64,000 bases of DNA from Epiperipatus broadwayi (taxonomy: Eukaryota; Animalia; Onychophora): NCBI GenBank assembly GCA_028023455.1, contig JAQFVV010000001.1:32674001-32738000 (forward strand). The letters are read 5' to 3'. The notes beneath the pieces are model-generated. The model saw nothing but the letters and a program-made list of their open reading frames with translations. It was not told where the DNA came from and searched no databases. Below, piece by piece: positions 26,759 to 39,490 of this stretch (positions are counted from its first letter, which is position 1; each line of letters opens with the position of its first letter). The translations under genes and the position numbers were made by a program.

Positions 26759-29390
26759 CTGTAAATGTTCATTCATTTACCATCACTCAAAAACTAAAAA
26801 TAATAAACTTACTATATTGTATCTTTATTTTTTTAAATAAAATGAATAGCAATATTCTTTTTCTTTAATAAATATTTTATTCTATGAAAACATTATAGCC
26901 ATCTAATTAACCGTAGACTATGGCCTTGGTATTTTTAACTGCATATTACCAATAAAATATTATCATCATCAGTAATAATTTTAACATTAAATAAAGTTTT
27001 TTTTTAAAAAAAAGGAGAGCAATATTTTTATTGGATTTTTTATATATGAAAGATATTTTTACCAACTCATATATGTTGATTGCTGACTATTGCTTTGCAT
27101 AATGGCATTATAGTCTTTGAGATATGAGTGATATATTTATTGCAAGCATGAAAGAAAGGGAGTATATTCTCACTCAATTATTATTTAATCCCTGTCTTCA
27201 AAAATCCAATAATTTTTTTGTTAAAATCTATTAGATGCCTGAAAAAAAAAATGATTTTTTTTTCGATCTTATTTTATCAGATGAATAATTACATAGTAAT
27301 TACAACTGCAATATTAAAAATTATCTTGTTCAATTTCTTTAATGAGAAATCAATAGAACTCCTTTCCATGTTTTGAAATTATGTGTATGTGCATATGTAT
27401 TTAGATGTGCAAGTGCGTGTGCAAATACATCAGTACACATATATTCTCTAATCTGGAATCTTGAATCTTTTATAAAATTTGAAAAAAAATTAAATAGCTG
27501 AGAATTTACAAGTGACCTATAGCCTATTTAGCTTGCTATTCAGTTGTAATGTTGGTAAACAGGTATTATAAGTAAAAAATAACTGAATGGTTTTGTTGCT
27601 CAAGAGTGCATAAGAAGTTTGAATACCAGAAGTGTCAAAATATGAATTGAGCTGAGCTCATCTTTAGAGTCTGATAGACCATCAACAGCACTAAACTGTG
27701 CTGAGTATATGGATATTTATTTTTAGCTATAAAGCAGAGCAAAAAAAATATTAAAGAAGCTTTATTAGATATCAGTAATCTAATGAGGGACACTTTTCTC
27801 CTTAATTGCTTTCTGTTAAGAAATGCTTCAGCTTTGCCTAATAATAAGGTAATCATTACTGTTTCAACATTAATAACAATCTATTTCTACTATTAGCATA
27901 CTATTACATCTTTTTTATGCCACTTATAGTAAACATTGAAAAGCAATGATAATTATCAAAAGGCAGTGCTTAATAAATCCTTATCCTGTGCTTCTCTATC
28001 CAAAATTCTCAGCAATTTAGCAATGAGAAGTTTTGGATTTTAGAACAGTGCAACTGGATTTTTAGGATCTAATACACCTTTCCCCCAGTTCCAAGGGAAG
28101 GTGCATCAAATTTTAAAAAAGACATGTCACACTGTTCCAAGATCCAAAGCTCCTAGCTGATAAAATTCACAAACTTGAAAGTAGTCTTTTTGTATAGGAA
28201 AGCATAGGTAGTGTGATTTGTGAAACAATGTCATCTGGCAACTATTATTGTTTTTTTGAAGATTACAATAAGTGCCAAAAACAGAGTGGAAAATTGTGTT
28301 ACTAAACAATAATATGTAAGACACAGTCATGTGATATTTTATTGGTTTCTATTTGTAATAATGTATATATATTTAAAACTTTTATACCACTATGCACACT
28401 TCAAAACAGAGATAGAAACATCTGAAAAGATAATATATCCTAAGATAAATAAACTGGTTCTCTTCAATAACAGTCCAAATTATTACAATTTCATCTACCA
28501 GTACCAATTTATTTCACACATACATTTAACAATATCCATTCTAGATAAATACATCAATGATTATTACTAATCATTTATTAGGCTAAATATATTAATCTTT
28601 AGTTAAGATTAAAGCTTATATCTAAACTAAAAATAATATTTGTTAATATCAAATTAATTGATAAATATTCAATAAAAATTGTGAACATGTGAAAAGTCAT
28701 GGCCTGGGTCAAATAAAGAATACTAATTTAACTAAAAAATAATTTACTCACTTATTTGAAGTCTGGATCTATATTTATTTTTTAGATGACACTATTTTTA
28801 TTTTTATTATGTAATTGCTTTTCTCCAGTGAAGATAATTATTTTGTATTTCTAAAAAATTAATACAAACTGAGTAAATTGAAAAGTGAAAAGAAGTTATT
28901 TTTAAAAAAAATCTAATGAATTACTGTAAATAGATAATTGACACTGTATTGTAAAAAAAAAAAAATAATAATAATCCAAAGGATTATATCCAGAAATAGG
29001 AACATCAAGTTCTCCTTATTTACAGAAATCTGAAGGTAAATCATAGTAAATAGTTGAGTTGATAATTCTGGATTGATGTAAAGATGGAGATTGAAATGTT
29101 TAAAAATAGAGCTTAACATCCATATTTTGTTGAAGATGCATAGATTTGAAACTAATAAATAAAATTCATGCTGTACAAATAACAGAGTTTCTGGGGAAAA
29201 TGGTATTAATAGTAGAATATTGTAAATAATATTCCAAAAATGCAATAAAAATCATATTTTATGTAATCATTAATTTCATTCTTTTTAATAAACATTTTTA
29301 ATTTACATATTTTATCAATGTGAATAATTTCTAACATTATATTGCTTTAAATAATTTGTCATTAATTTTTAAAGCATTAGTTTTTAAAAT

Positions 29391-30255
29391 TGTCATATCT
29401 CACCTTTCCTTCAAATAACAAATTAGTCCAGATTTCTTGCTTATCACAATCAAATTGGGCATTCATTGCCACTAACAAATGCATGCATAAAAAGATAACA
29501 CCTAGCCAATGGCAAGAACATGCCAATAGACAATGATGCTCACTGGATCTGAATGTTAAACCTGAATAATAGTAGCCCAGTTCTCCACATACAGTGCTTG
29601 ATTCACCATACATAGTCTAAGGGAATTTCTGCTAACCTGAACAGCAGTGCTTCTTCTCCAGAGTATAGCTATTTATGTTAACTATATGCAGTGAGGCAAG
29701 TCAACATTCAGGACTGGAAGCTGCTGGAATGAAAGCCGACTTGAGAAAGCTATCACAGAAGGGTCACTATATCTATTCATTAGGCAGGCTGCCAAATACA
29801 TCTGGAATTGGATAGAAAATTAATAAGAGAGCATACAGTCCCTTCTTCATCAATTCAATCTAGAACTGGGAACTATACCTTGACAATAGTAACTGGTGGA
29901 GTATAGTTATCTATAAATAACAATTTTAAATTGAGTGTATGTTTTGCATCTATATGTTACTAATAAATATATTATAAAATGTATCATTAAAAACAAGTAA
30001 CACAAAAAGTCCAATATCAATATCAATTAACAATTTCAAACTGTTGCCAAGGCAACCTTCTTTATTCATCTTTATTGTTAAAAGAAAGTTGCCTTGATAA
30101 CAGGTTAAAATTGTTGATTGTTATTGATATTGGGATTGTCTAAGTGATCACTGTTTTTATAATTTTACAAACCTAATTAGCCTTGAGCATTATTACACTT
30201 ATCAAATGTATATATATTCATTTGTGTTTATATGTATAATTGTGACTAAACAACA
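29391..30255 (+). repeat. 5' LTR of copy B
   Basis: TG...CA. Aligns to 34261-34911 at roughly 75-85% by eye, with an extra 227-bp segment at 29985-30211. Confidence 0.92.
29988..30159. repeat. Foldback palindrome inside the 5' LTR
   Basis: Arms 30010-30063 and 30081-30135 (about 54 bp, about 8 mismatches), 17-nt loop, outer TAAAAACA/TGTTTTTA. Absent from the 3' LTR. Confidence 0.85.
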
Positions 30256-30259
30256 AATT

Positions 30260-30272
30260 TGGTGCAGTTGAC
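30260..30272 (+). other. Primer binding site, tRNA-Ser-like
   Basis: TGGTGCAGTTGAC lies 4 nt after the LTR. It resembles TGGCGCAGTCGG (complement of the arthropod tRNA-Ser 3' end) with both CpGs changed to TpG. Confidence 0.7.
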
Positions 30273-30309
30273 AAAATAAAATAAAAAATTTCTATGACTC
30301 AAAAAAAAA

Positions 30310-30500
30310 TGTTAAATAACAAAATCTTGCCCCTGTGGGTCATTAGATTTTGTAATCATTCAAAAATTGACCCAAACATTATCAATGTGTCAATGAAATT
30401 TTTATAAAGTCAAACAAAAATAGTTACTTTTGGTAATAAAGTCAGAAATTGCCCCAGTGGGTTATTAGATTTTGTCTTTATTGAAATTGACAGTTACACA
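30310..30500 (+). repeat. Two diverged about 120-bp tandem units in the element 5' UTR
   Basis: TTGCCCCTGTGGGTCATTAGATTTTGT (about 30329) and TTGCCCCAGTGGGTTATTAGATTTTGT (about 30449). Confidence 0.7.
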
Positions 30501-30594
30501 AACAGTCAAATAAACATTGAAAGACTATTCCAAGTGGTTACCCACATAAATTAATTTTTTTCTTTTATGATATAAAGACAAGAAAAATAATAAA

Positions 30595-33500
30595 ATGGCT
30601 GATGTTGGCTCAATTAAAGCATTTGGTCACCTTCCCAGAGAATTGGCCAAGCTATAAAGATTGAATAATCTTTTATTTACAAGCTAATCAAATCAAACGG
30701 CCTGATTTGAAATTGGCCATGCTTACATCAGAGATACTGGCTGACCTAGGTTTTGACAAGGCATTATCTCTATTAAGTAACTTTTTTACTTCTAAACTCC
30801 TACAATAATGCAGAGATATCATTACAATCTTTGTGTCCAAGGAAAATGACAAAAAGCTAGATATTTTGCTATTAGAATATGTTCATTAGCATTAAATGTG
30901 ATTTTAAAAACTTCTTTAATGAAGCTGTAAGAGATTGATTTATCTATGGAATGAATGATCATAATCATAGGGTTAAGCATCTAATGGATCTTGACATAAC
31001 TTATGAATCCACTTTGTCTCAAGCAAAACTAGCAGAGTTAGTCAAGCAAAGCCATTAGAAAAAAATGAATTATAATACTCAAAGTATTGTGCAGAACTTT
31101 AAGTCAGTCAAGCACATGGCTGATAGCTCAAATACATTAACAACAATGAGTGAAAAGCATTGTTATAGCTGTAATGAATTGCTACATGCACAACCAGAAT
31201 GGCCATACCTTTATATAGTGTATAAATATTGCAAGCATGTTAGTTATTCAAAAACTGTTTGTTCTAAAAGGAAACAACAAGCAGTTAACAACAGAATGTA
31301 TCAACCATTCCAAAAAGCAACAAATGCAATTTAAATTTAAAAAAAACAGTTGCCTACATAAACAAAGTGAAAAACAGTGATTGCTTTCAAAAACCCAGAA
31401 TTGTGATTAATGATACACTGGTCTCAATGGAACTGGGGAGGGATCTGCAGTGCCCATAGTGACAAACAAGACATGGTCTATCATTAATAACAGTAATCAA
31501 CTTCAGCTGCATCCTAGCAGCAAAACAATACAGCAATCCAATAACATTCTTGGGATGAACAAGAGTTAAAGTTATAATGCCTAATAAGACCACATATTTA
31601 CTGCTGGTTGGATCATCAGATGAATATAGCAATTTATTAGGCTATGAATCAATCACTTAGGGTTTGCAATGAGAAAAGTGAACCAGCTCACAACTAAAAG
31701 TGAATTAAAAAGTGATTACCCTGAAGTAATTGATAAAACACTGGGTTTGCACATAGAACACACAGTTCAGTTATTACTGAATAAAGAAAACAAATCAGTT
31801 GTCCTCACAGACCATTGCCATTGGCCTTGAGAGCTAAAGTGGAAGATGAAAGGTAGAAGGCAGCAGGAGTTATTGAGCTCATATGCTATTCAGAATGGCT
31901 ACCCTAATTGTCCCAATCATCAAACAAAATAATGATGTGCTGATTTGTGGGAATTAATAAAAGCATCTGATAACTATTAACCACCATCAGTTTAGAAGAT
32001 CCTACCCACCCTACCAGGTGGAATGTTTTTCCCAAAAATTGATTTGAAACATGCATACTTGCATTTATCAGTTGATGATCAGGCTGCAGCATTGTCAATA
32101 ATCATGCATAAAGGCTTATTCAAAATGAAGAGTTGCCTTCTGATATATTGGTCACTCCAGTAATATTCCAGAGAGTCATGGACCAACTGCCTGCTGGCAT
32201 ACTGAATGTGCTACCTTATTTTGATAAGTTTTTATTAATAGCATAAACTCCAAAACAACTCTGGAATTCCACTGAGAAACACATAGACAAGTTCAAAATC
32301 TCAGGCATTAAAATAAATGCATAACTAAAGAACTTGAATTTTTGGGATCTAGAATATATTCAAGTGGCATTCATCATACTCAAAAAAAGATCATGACAAT
32401 TACAAAAGCAAAAAAATTTTGGGAACAAGAAAGGACTACAGTTTTTGGGGACCTCATAAATTATTATGACAGTTCTTTATACCATAAGACTGAAGTGGCT
32501 GGACCACTATACAGACTATGGGACAAAAAATGCAATCTAGAAGTGGGACAGTAAGCATGATAGAGCTTTCAATAAACTAAAAACAATATCAGACTGAATA
32601 GTATTAGCACAATTGGACCCTGAAAGACTTCTGGTACTGACTTATGGTGCATTATCAATGGAAACACCTATGTAGTCTCATAGGAATAATGATGAGATGT
32701 ACTGCTCTATTGCATTCGCATGAAAGTGTCTCTCAAAAGCTGAAAAAAACTATGCTCAGATTAACAGAGAGACCTTAGCCTTGATAAATGACATTAAAAA
32801 ATTTCAGGACTATCTGTATGGTCAATCATTCATAATACAGAAAAATCATAGACACATGTTGGGTATTTTTACTTCTGATAAAGGAATCCTTTAGCATTCC
32901 TTATCACAAATGCTAAGATTATTCAATTTTTTATCAGATTATAATTTTAGACTGGAATATATTGAGGGAAAACAAATTCGCTATGTAAATGCATTGTCAG
33001 TTGCTTGCAGAAGTTGTAGATAATTTATATGCAAAAAGTCAAACAATTGATATGATAGAATTAAATACTTCAGTTAACAGTAAATCAGTGACTGGAAGGA
33101 CCACTAATGATCCAGATTTCAAAGGTTATAAAATGGATAAAACAGGGTTGACCAAATAAAAAATCTAATAAGTTTCATCTAACCTACTGGATTTATAAGC
33201 TAAAACTCTCAATTAAAAATAGCTGCATTATCTTGGGGTCAAGAGTAGAGATTCCTCCAGGTGGATTATCCCAGGTTCAACCTACTATATAAAGGACATT
33301 CAGGGATTATCAGAATGAAAATGCCAAAACGATCATACATGTGCTGGCCTATTTTGGGTTCTGACATTGAATCTAATGTCCACCACTGCTAGCACTATAA
33401 TATAAACCAAAACATTTCAACAAAGAACAAAATAATTTAGTGGTTTACACCTGAAAGCCATGGACCTGAATTCATGTTGATCATGCAGGCTTATGGAGGA

Positions 33501-34150
33501 TCAAACTATTACTAGTAGTGGTTGACTCTAAATGACTGGAAGCAATGAAAGTACCATAATGTCAGTTCACAGCAGCTATCAAAACTCTTAGGAGGTTAAA
33601 TGCACAAATGGCCTATCTAAAACTATAGTTTTAGATAATAACACAACATTTACATCAACAGCATTCAAAATATTTTGTGCAATAATAGCATAGAACTAGT
33701 GTTCAGCCCACCATTTCACCCTGAGAGCATTGGTCAGGTTGAGAGCCTGTTTTGAGAGACAAAAATGTTTACAAAGATGGATACAAGAAGTGGAAACACT
33801 TGTATTTCCAGAATGCTCTTAGCACAGCATTCTACAGCAAAGAAAATCACTGGAAAAACACCAGTTTTTTAAACAATATTTACTTTTCTTGATTTCTGAG
33901 AACTAACCTATAAGTTCTCAAGCCTAGTTCCACTAAAATGACAATACTAAAGTGCAAATAGGCACTCAGGTTCTATGTCAAATGTATAATGGTACCACCA
34001 AATGGATCCCAGAAGTGGTGATGAAATGTGAAGGACTTGAAACAGTGGTAGTTGAAACAGCTAATGGACTACAACATTATCACTACAGAAATCAAATTAG
34101 ATTAAATTATATGTCATCAGCCAGTTGAAATGACCTTCAGTTCCAAAAAA
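30595..34150 (+). pseudogene. gag-pol polyprotein relic (gag, CCHC knuckles, protease, RT, RNase H, integrase)
   Basis: MADVGSIKAF, HCYSCNELLH/YKYCKHVSYSKTVC, SMELGRGSAVPIV (DTG lost), DLKHAYLHL, YAQINRETLALI...KKFQDYLYG, IHVDHAG, PPFHPESIGQVE. Many stops and frameshifts. Confidence 0.92.
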
Positions 34151-34249
34151 ACAAATGATGACAAGGTAGACATGGTGAGAAAATTAACAAGCCAGAAAAA
34201 CCAACAAAGTCAATATGTCTTCCAGTGCACCTGCATGACTATTTTAGCC

Positions 34250-34260
34250 AGGGGAGGGAA
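34250..34260 (+). other. Polypurine tract
   Basis: AGGGGAGGGAA immediately before the 3' LTR TG. Confidence 0.88.
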
Positions 34261-34911
34261 TGTCATATCTTACCTCACCTTCAAATAATAAACTAGTCCA
34301 GATTTCTTTCTTATCATGATTTGATTGAGCATTCATTGCTGTTAACCAATGTGCATATAAAGAAATAACACAGAATCAATGGTAAGGACAAATCAAAAAA
34401 CAGTCATGCTTATTGAATCTGAATGTTTCTATTAATGTTGGGGTTTTGGCAATAAATATTCAACCTTTTTAAAGGTAAGGTCAGAAAACAGTAACCTGGT
34501 ACTCCACATATGAGCAAAGGAAACTTTTGCTAACCTGAGCAGTAGTACTCATTGTCCGGACTATATATATTTAAACTAATCGTATGCACTGAGGCAAGTT
34601 TATGTTCAGGACTGAAATTTGATAGAACCAAAGCCAACTCCAAGTAACCTGTCCTACTCATGAGGCAAGCCACCATATACAGTTGGAAATGGGTAGAAAA
34701 TCTATAAGGGAATCTACAGTTCCTTTTTCAATAGTTCATCTTAGTACTGGGAAATATACCTTACCAACAGTAGCAGATGGAGTATAACTATCTATAAATA
34801 ATAATTGTAAATCAAGTGTATGTTTTATATCTATATATTACTAAAAAATATATTATAAAATGTATGAATACTTATTTGTGTTTATATGTAAAATCATGAC
34901 TAAGCACAACA
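34261..34911 (+). repeat. 3' LTR of copy B
   Basis: TGTCATATCTTACC...GCACAACA followed by the TSD AAAAT. Confidence 0.92.
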
Positions 34912-35269
34912 AAAATATTTAGAAATAAATCTTAGTATATACAATGGAATATTTTCACTAAAACTTTTACTTTCAAATTATTGAAACAAGCTTACTAATA
35001 ATAATTCTATTTTTTTTTTAATAAAAACAGTATGTTATTTTCCTACTATCTATTATCATAATATAAATTTTATCAAAACAAAGAACTCATGACATCTCTA
35101 ATTTACAATTAACTTGCACTTATATCCCATATCAAACTCAATTTTGATTATTGTCTTCCCCATGGGCATTTTATTTGTACTATAGTCTTCAACCATCTTT
35201 TTATTTGTATTATTCTGCTCAAGTTGTTAATAACATGAATAACATAATAAAGATAAAAAAAATGGGTGT

Positions 35270-36000
35270 TGAGTAGTGGTGATGCCAGAACATTGCTTTC
35301 TACTGAAGAAAACTAATACCCAGAAATGAATTGTCAACACTACCTTATTTTTACCAATTAGACATGCTTGGCAGAGATGGTTTTGATGAGAAAAGAAAAA
35401 GGAGAAAATATTACTATTATAATATAAAAGAATTTGTTTTACCTACAGTTGAAATCTCATTATTGAGATTCTATAACATGGAGTTTTTTTTAAACAATAT
35501 TTACTTTTCTTGAATTTATGGATTGTGTAGAAAATGTACTTTTTCCATAATAAGTTATGCACATATAAGACAAAGAATGATTGTCGATATTACTATAGCA
35601 AACATCAATTATATAAAGAAGATTGGATATGTATTTTTATATTTTTTCTGATAATTACCTGTTTTGCTGATGGAACTTAAAAGTTCAGAAGATGATAAAC
35701 TCACAAAAAAAAAAAACAGTCAACATCTTCAGTTTTAATGATTGTTTTTTTTTTTTTTTACCAATTAATACAAAAATATATACGACAAGAAATATACTTT
35801 ATGGGTACAAATGACAAAAACAAACATGATAAAGCATTGACGTTGCAATAGATTGGATCAAGCATATGGCCAAGATGTAATTGCTATTCAGGCAGTCATG
35901 GATAGAGCAGCAAAAGAACATTGCCTTAAATTTAGTGCTTGCAGTATATATATATATATATGAAGTATGCTAAAACTAAAGTGCTGTGGTAGATGAGTAG
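35270..36000 (+). mobile_element. LINE relic fragments (RTE/L2-like)
   Basis: DARTLL (NARTL-like EN start, about 35281) and IQAVMDRAAKEHCLKFS...KTKVL (RT thumb-like, about 35885-35985). Confidence 0.3.
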
Positions 36001-37184
36001 GACATGAGTGTTAACCATTCCATTATTTTACGTATTTATTAATTATAATTGACTATTGATGTATTTCAATTACTAATATATTTTTGAAATAACAAATTAT
36101 GAGATATATTCGAATATATTTTTTGACTCTATGTCATTTTGCCTTAGGACAAGTATCACTTAACAATATTCAACATATTATTTTAATAAAATTTCGGTTT
36201 AAAAATTACAGCAAAAAGCTGAATCAAATCTCAACTTAGATGGACAGAAAGATTTTATTAAATAATGAATGGTAAGATTTATTGCTAGGGAATTTATAAA
36301 AAGTTTGAACAGAATGTCGGAGTTAAAGCAGCAACCCATGGACTTTCAATTCCTGAATAAAACATTTTACCATATCACTAAATGACGCAAGACAAAGATT
36401 TTGTTATTTGTAATAATTATAATATAATTGACTAATAGATTAATAATTGATTACTTTCTGTTTAATATAATTATAATATTAAATATTTTAAATTTGTATG
36501 TTTTTGGTTTCACTTTTAATGAAAGCTTTTTTAGTTATTATAAACTTGTTATTTTATTTATTTAAAATTTTAAAATCTTGTTTTGTTTATTTTTTCTTTT
36601 TTAAAAAATATTCAATTCATTTTTTTTCTTCTAAATTTTTTTTTTCCTTCTAATGTTTTTGTTCATTTTGCAAAATTATCCCAAATTTCTTTTTATACTC
36701 AGCTTAAATTATTTTTTCCCACCTTCAAAAGACTAGTGTATAATGTTTCAGAATTTTTTTTATGAAGTAGTTTTTGTCATCACGGTTTCAAATTTCAACT
36801 TTCTGAAAGCATAGAATCTTTAGAATTTTTATTGTCAATCAAAAACCGTAATACACAAGTATAATTATTTATTTTAATTAGATTTTATTTATCTGTCAAT
36901 CTTATCTAAAATGTAGTAATAAAGACAACAATATTAGTTTTAAAATTATTAATACAGCACAATTAAGTAAAAAAAATTCAGTTCATCTTTTTTTTATTTT
37001 ATTTTATGAAAGACGGTAAATTGCATGCATAGGTTTTATTATTATTTTAAACATGAACGGTAAGAAAAACATTGAACAATCTTGTAATTCAATAAGAACA
37101 GCTGTGTGCAGTCGAGATATTATAAATACTGCAACTTATCGGAAAAGCATTATATATGTTCTGCATATAACTTTGATAAAAAGA

Positions 37185-37250
37185 ACCTTGTGGCAATAGT
37201 AAACCACTTGCCAAATCTATAACCTAGGTTCGAATCTGGGCTCAGTAAGT
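37185..37250 (+). mobile_element. Degenerate tRNA-derived SINE head
   Basis: A-box-like TGGCAATAGTA (37191) and B-box GGTTCGAATCT (37227). No cloverleaf evident. Confidence 0.35.
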
Positions 37251-37772
37251 TTTAAAAAAATTTAGATTCTAAAAAAACTTAAGATGCTTTTACAGACAGA
37301 TTGTCTATAGTTATCTAGTTATTCATTCACTGTTCATCAAAAAATGGATATTGAACTATTTATTTAGCGAATAAATTCTTACCAATCAGTAATTGGTAAT
37401 CCTAATTATTAATGTTTATTTTTTCTTTATTGTTTTTCTATGAATTATATTGAGGGACTTTGACTTGGAGTGAATTGTTTAAAAGCATTTTACCTTATTT
37501 TGTTATTATTGTAGTCACAAATTAAATTCAGAAGTTTTTATTTAAAACAAAAATTACTTATATTTATTACTTACAAGACGTAAATTTGTTTGGCTTAAGT
37601 TTAAATATCAATGAATAAAATTTTATTTACTTTTTTAAATAATTAAAGAAAAAAATATAAATTCATATATATATATAAAATTTAAAGTCATTGTTGCTGT
37701 TATTATTAATATTATTGTTGTAAACCACTAAACATCACATGATCACCATCTCATCCTAGCACATAATTGTTG

Positions 37773-37983
37773 TAAACAAAGGCAAAACTCTCCATACAGT
37801 AGTGCCACTTTGTGCTAACAAGAGTAATCAATGGATACCAGAAGGTTTGTGCATAAACTAGTCTGGGGGTATTGGATGAGTAGGCACTAGATAGGAATTT
37901 TATGCACAAACCTTCTGGCATCCATTGATTACTCTTGTTAGCACAAGGTGGCACTACTGTATGGAGAGTTTTGCCTTTGTTTA
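37773..37983. mobile_element. Near-perfect foldback element (85-bp arms, 41-bp loop), TA at both ends
   Basis: TAAACAAAGGCAAAACTCTCCATACAGTAGTGCCAC...GTGCATAAA (37773-37857) matches the reverse complement of 37899-37983 with 2 mismatches. Confidence 0.92.
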
Positions 37984-38219
37984 TTATTGTTGTTGTTATT
38001 GTTGTTATTATTATAAGCAGTCCCTATTAGTTCATTACTTAAATGAATTTTAAAAAATAAAATTTATTATAATTTTTACCTATTCAGAATATAATTATAT
38101 GTGTGCTGTTACATTAGCATCAAATTTAATAGTTGCATATGTTTTAACTTCTATACTTTAAAATAAAATAAATAAAATCTACTTAATATAAATAAAAGTC
38201 AAGCCTATTCTGATCTATG

Positions 38220-39490
38220 GTAAGTGATAATGGAGATTAATGTACTTGATAAAAGAGTTTCCTTGAAACTGAATCTATCGATCTTGTATTGATATAGTTT
38301 AGAATTTAGAATTAAGCTCTTATATAATGTCTTTAGCAATAGAGAATGTTTAAGTGCTCATACTCATAATATTATAAAATATAGCTTTGTAAAATATTAA
38401 TTATATAAATGGTTAAGATTTAAAGTGAATGAGTTAGAATTATTTTTCTATCAATCTTATTATCTTTATAAACTTTGCAGGTATTTGTGCTTTCCCTGTC
38501 TACCAAGTTTGACAGCCATTTTTTTAATAAATATTCACTTTCATGGGTATAGAAGTTTGTTTCCCTCCCTAATTTTATATTACTGAATACATGTTGGTTG
38601 TTAAATTTTAAAAAATAATCAATTTATTGATTATAAATTCTGTTCAGTAGGTTTGTTTGAATTTTTTAAATATCTTTATTATAACTTTATGTTTCTATTT
38701 TTTTTATATTAATACAAAAAAAATATTAGTGGAATTATTTTAATGATAAAAAATAAAATGTAAATATTATAACATATAAATGCCAAAGTCTATATATTAT
38801 ATTAAAATAGCAATCAAATATAATTTCATCTTTCTTTATATATAATGCATATAAAGGAGTTTCATGTATTTTTTTACTTTTAGATTTTTTTATATTAATA
38901 AATTGACAAGATATGACACAATGCTTTAATTTTCTCTTTATTTTTATATTAATAAATTGACTTAATAAAAAAAATAACAATTAAGTGGAAATATAATTAA
39001 TTTTTATAGAAATGTTTCTTTTTTTTTAAAATTATAATAATAAAAAAATTAAATATTAAATATATTTGTTTTTTATCAGCCATTTTTTTAAACATTTTTG
39101 TATGCCTCTGAAACTATATATTTATATTTAAAAAATGGCTGCCCAAGTACCAGTTTGCAATAAGTTTAATATTTCATTTTATTTAATTTATTCCAGAATC
39201 TACTAATATAGGCACCAATAATTAATAGAAACCAAATGGTAGTATTATATTCCAATTCTCTGATTAATTTGAGGCTATATGCAATTTTTAGTGAGAATAA
39301 AGTTTTGAATATAAGCCATTTTAATTATATAATTTTAGAAATCTGATACTAGGCTAACAACCATATATTTTAGTGACATCAATTTTATGCTGTCTTTTTT
39401 TAACCTAGTGCAAATTGTAAATACTAATAGTGATTAGAGAAAATCATGTGACCCTCTTTATATATCTTTGTAGGTTTCTTAAAAAATCAA
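38220..39490 (+). other. Candidate intron/exon set
   Basis: Donor G|GTAAGT at 38220, acceptor TTTGCAG at 38480, possible exon 38481-38546, and a 17-nt micro-exon 39474-39490 (CTTTGTAG...CAA|GTAAGT). No recognisable product. Confidence 0.18.

Larger units (their letters stand above)
29391..34911 (+). mobile_element. Structurally complete, decayed Ty3/gypsy LTR retrotransposon (copy B)
   Basis: Paired LTRs TGTCATATCT...CAACA, 5-bp TSD AAAAT (29386-29390 / 34912-34916), PBS, PPT and a gag-pol relic in gypsy order. Confidence 0.95.

Noticed and set aside
28072-28100. Helitron 3' hairpin (CACCTTCCC/GGGAAGGTG)
   Set aside because: No CTRR terminus at the expected distance and no matching 5' TC end identified.
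29377-29613. Antisense LTR-encoded ORF (78 aa)
   Set aside because: Not evidently preserved in the 3' LTR, and no domain similarity.
36250-36280. Exon ending at ATG|GTAAGA (about 36271)
   Set aside because: The upstream frame ends in a stop and no compatible partner exon was found.
37185-37250. Functional tRNA gene
   Set aside because: Has a B-box but a degenerate A-box, no acceptor or anticodon stems and no clear terminator. Treated as a SINE relic.
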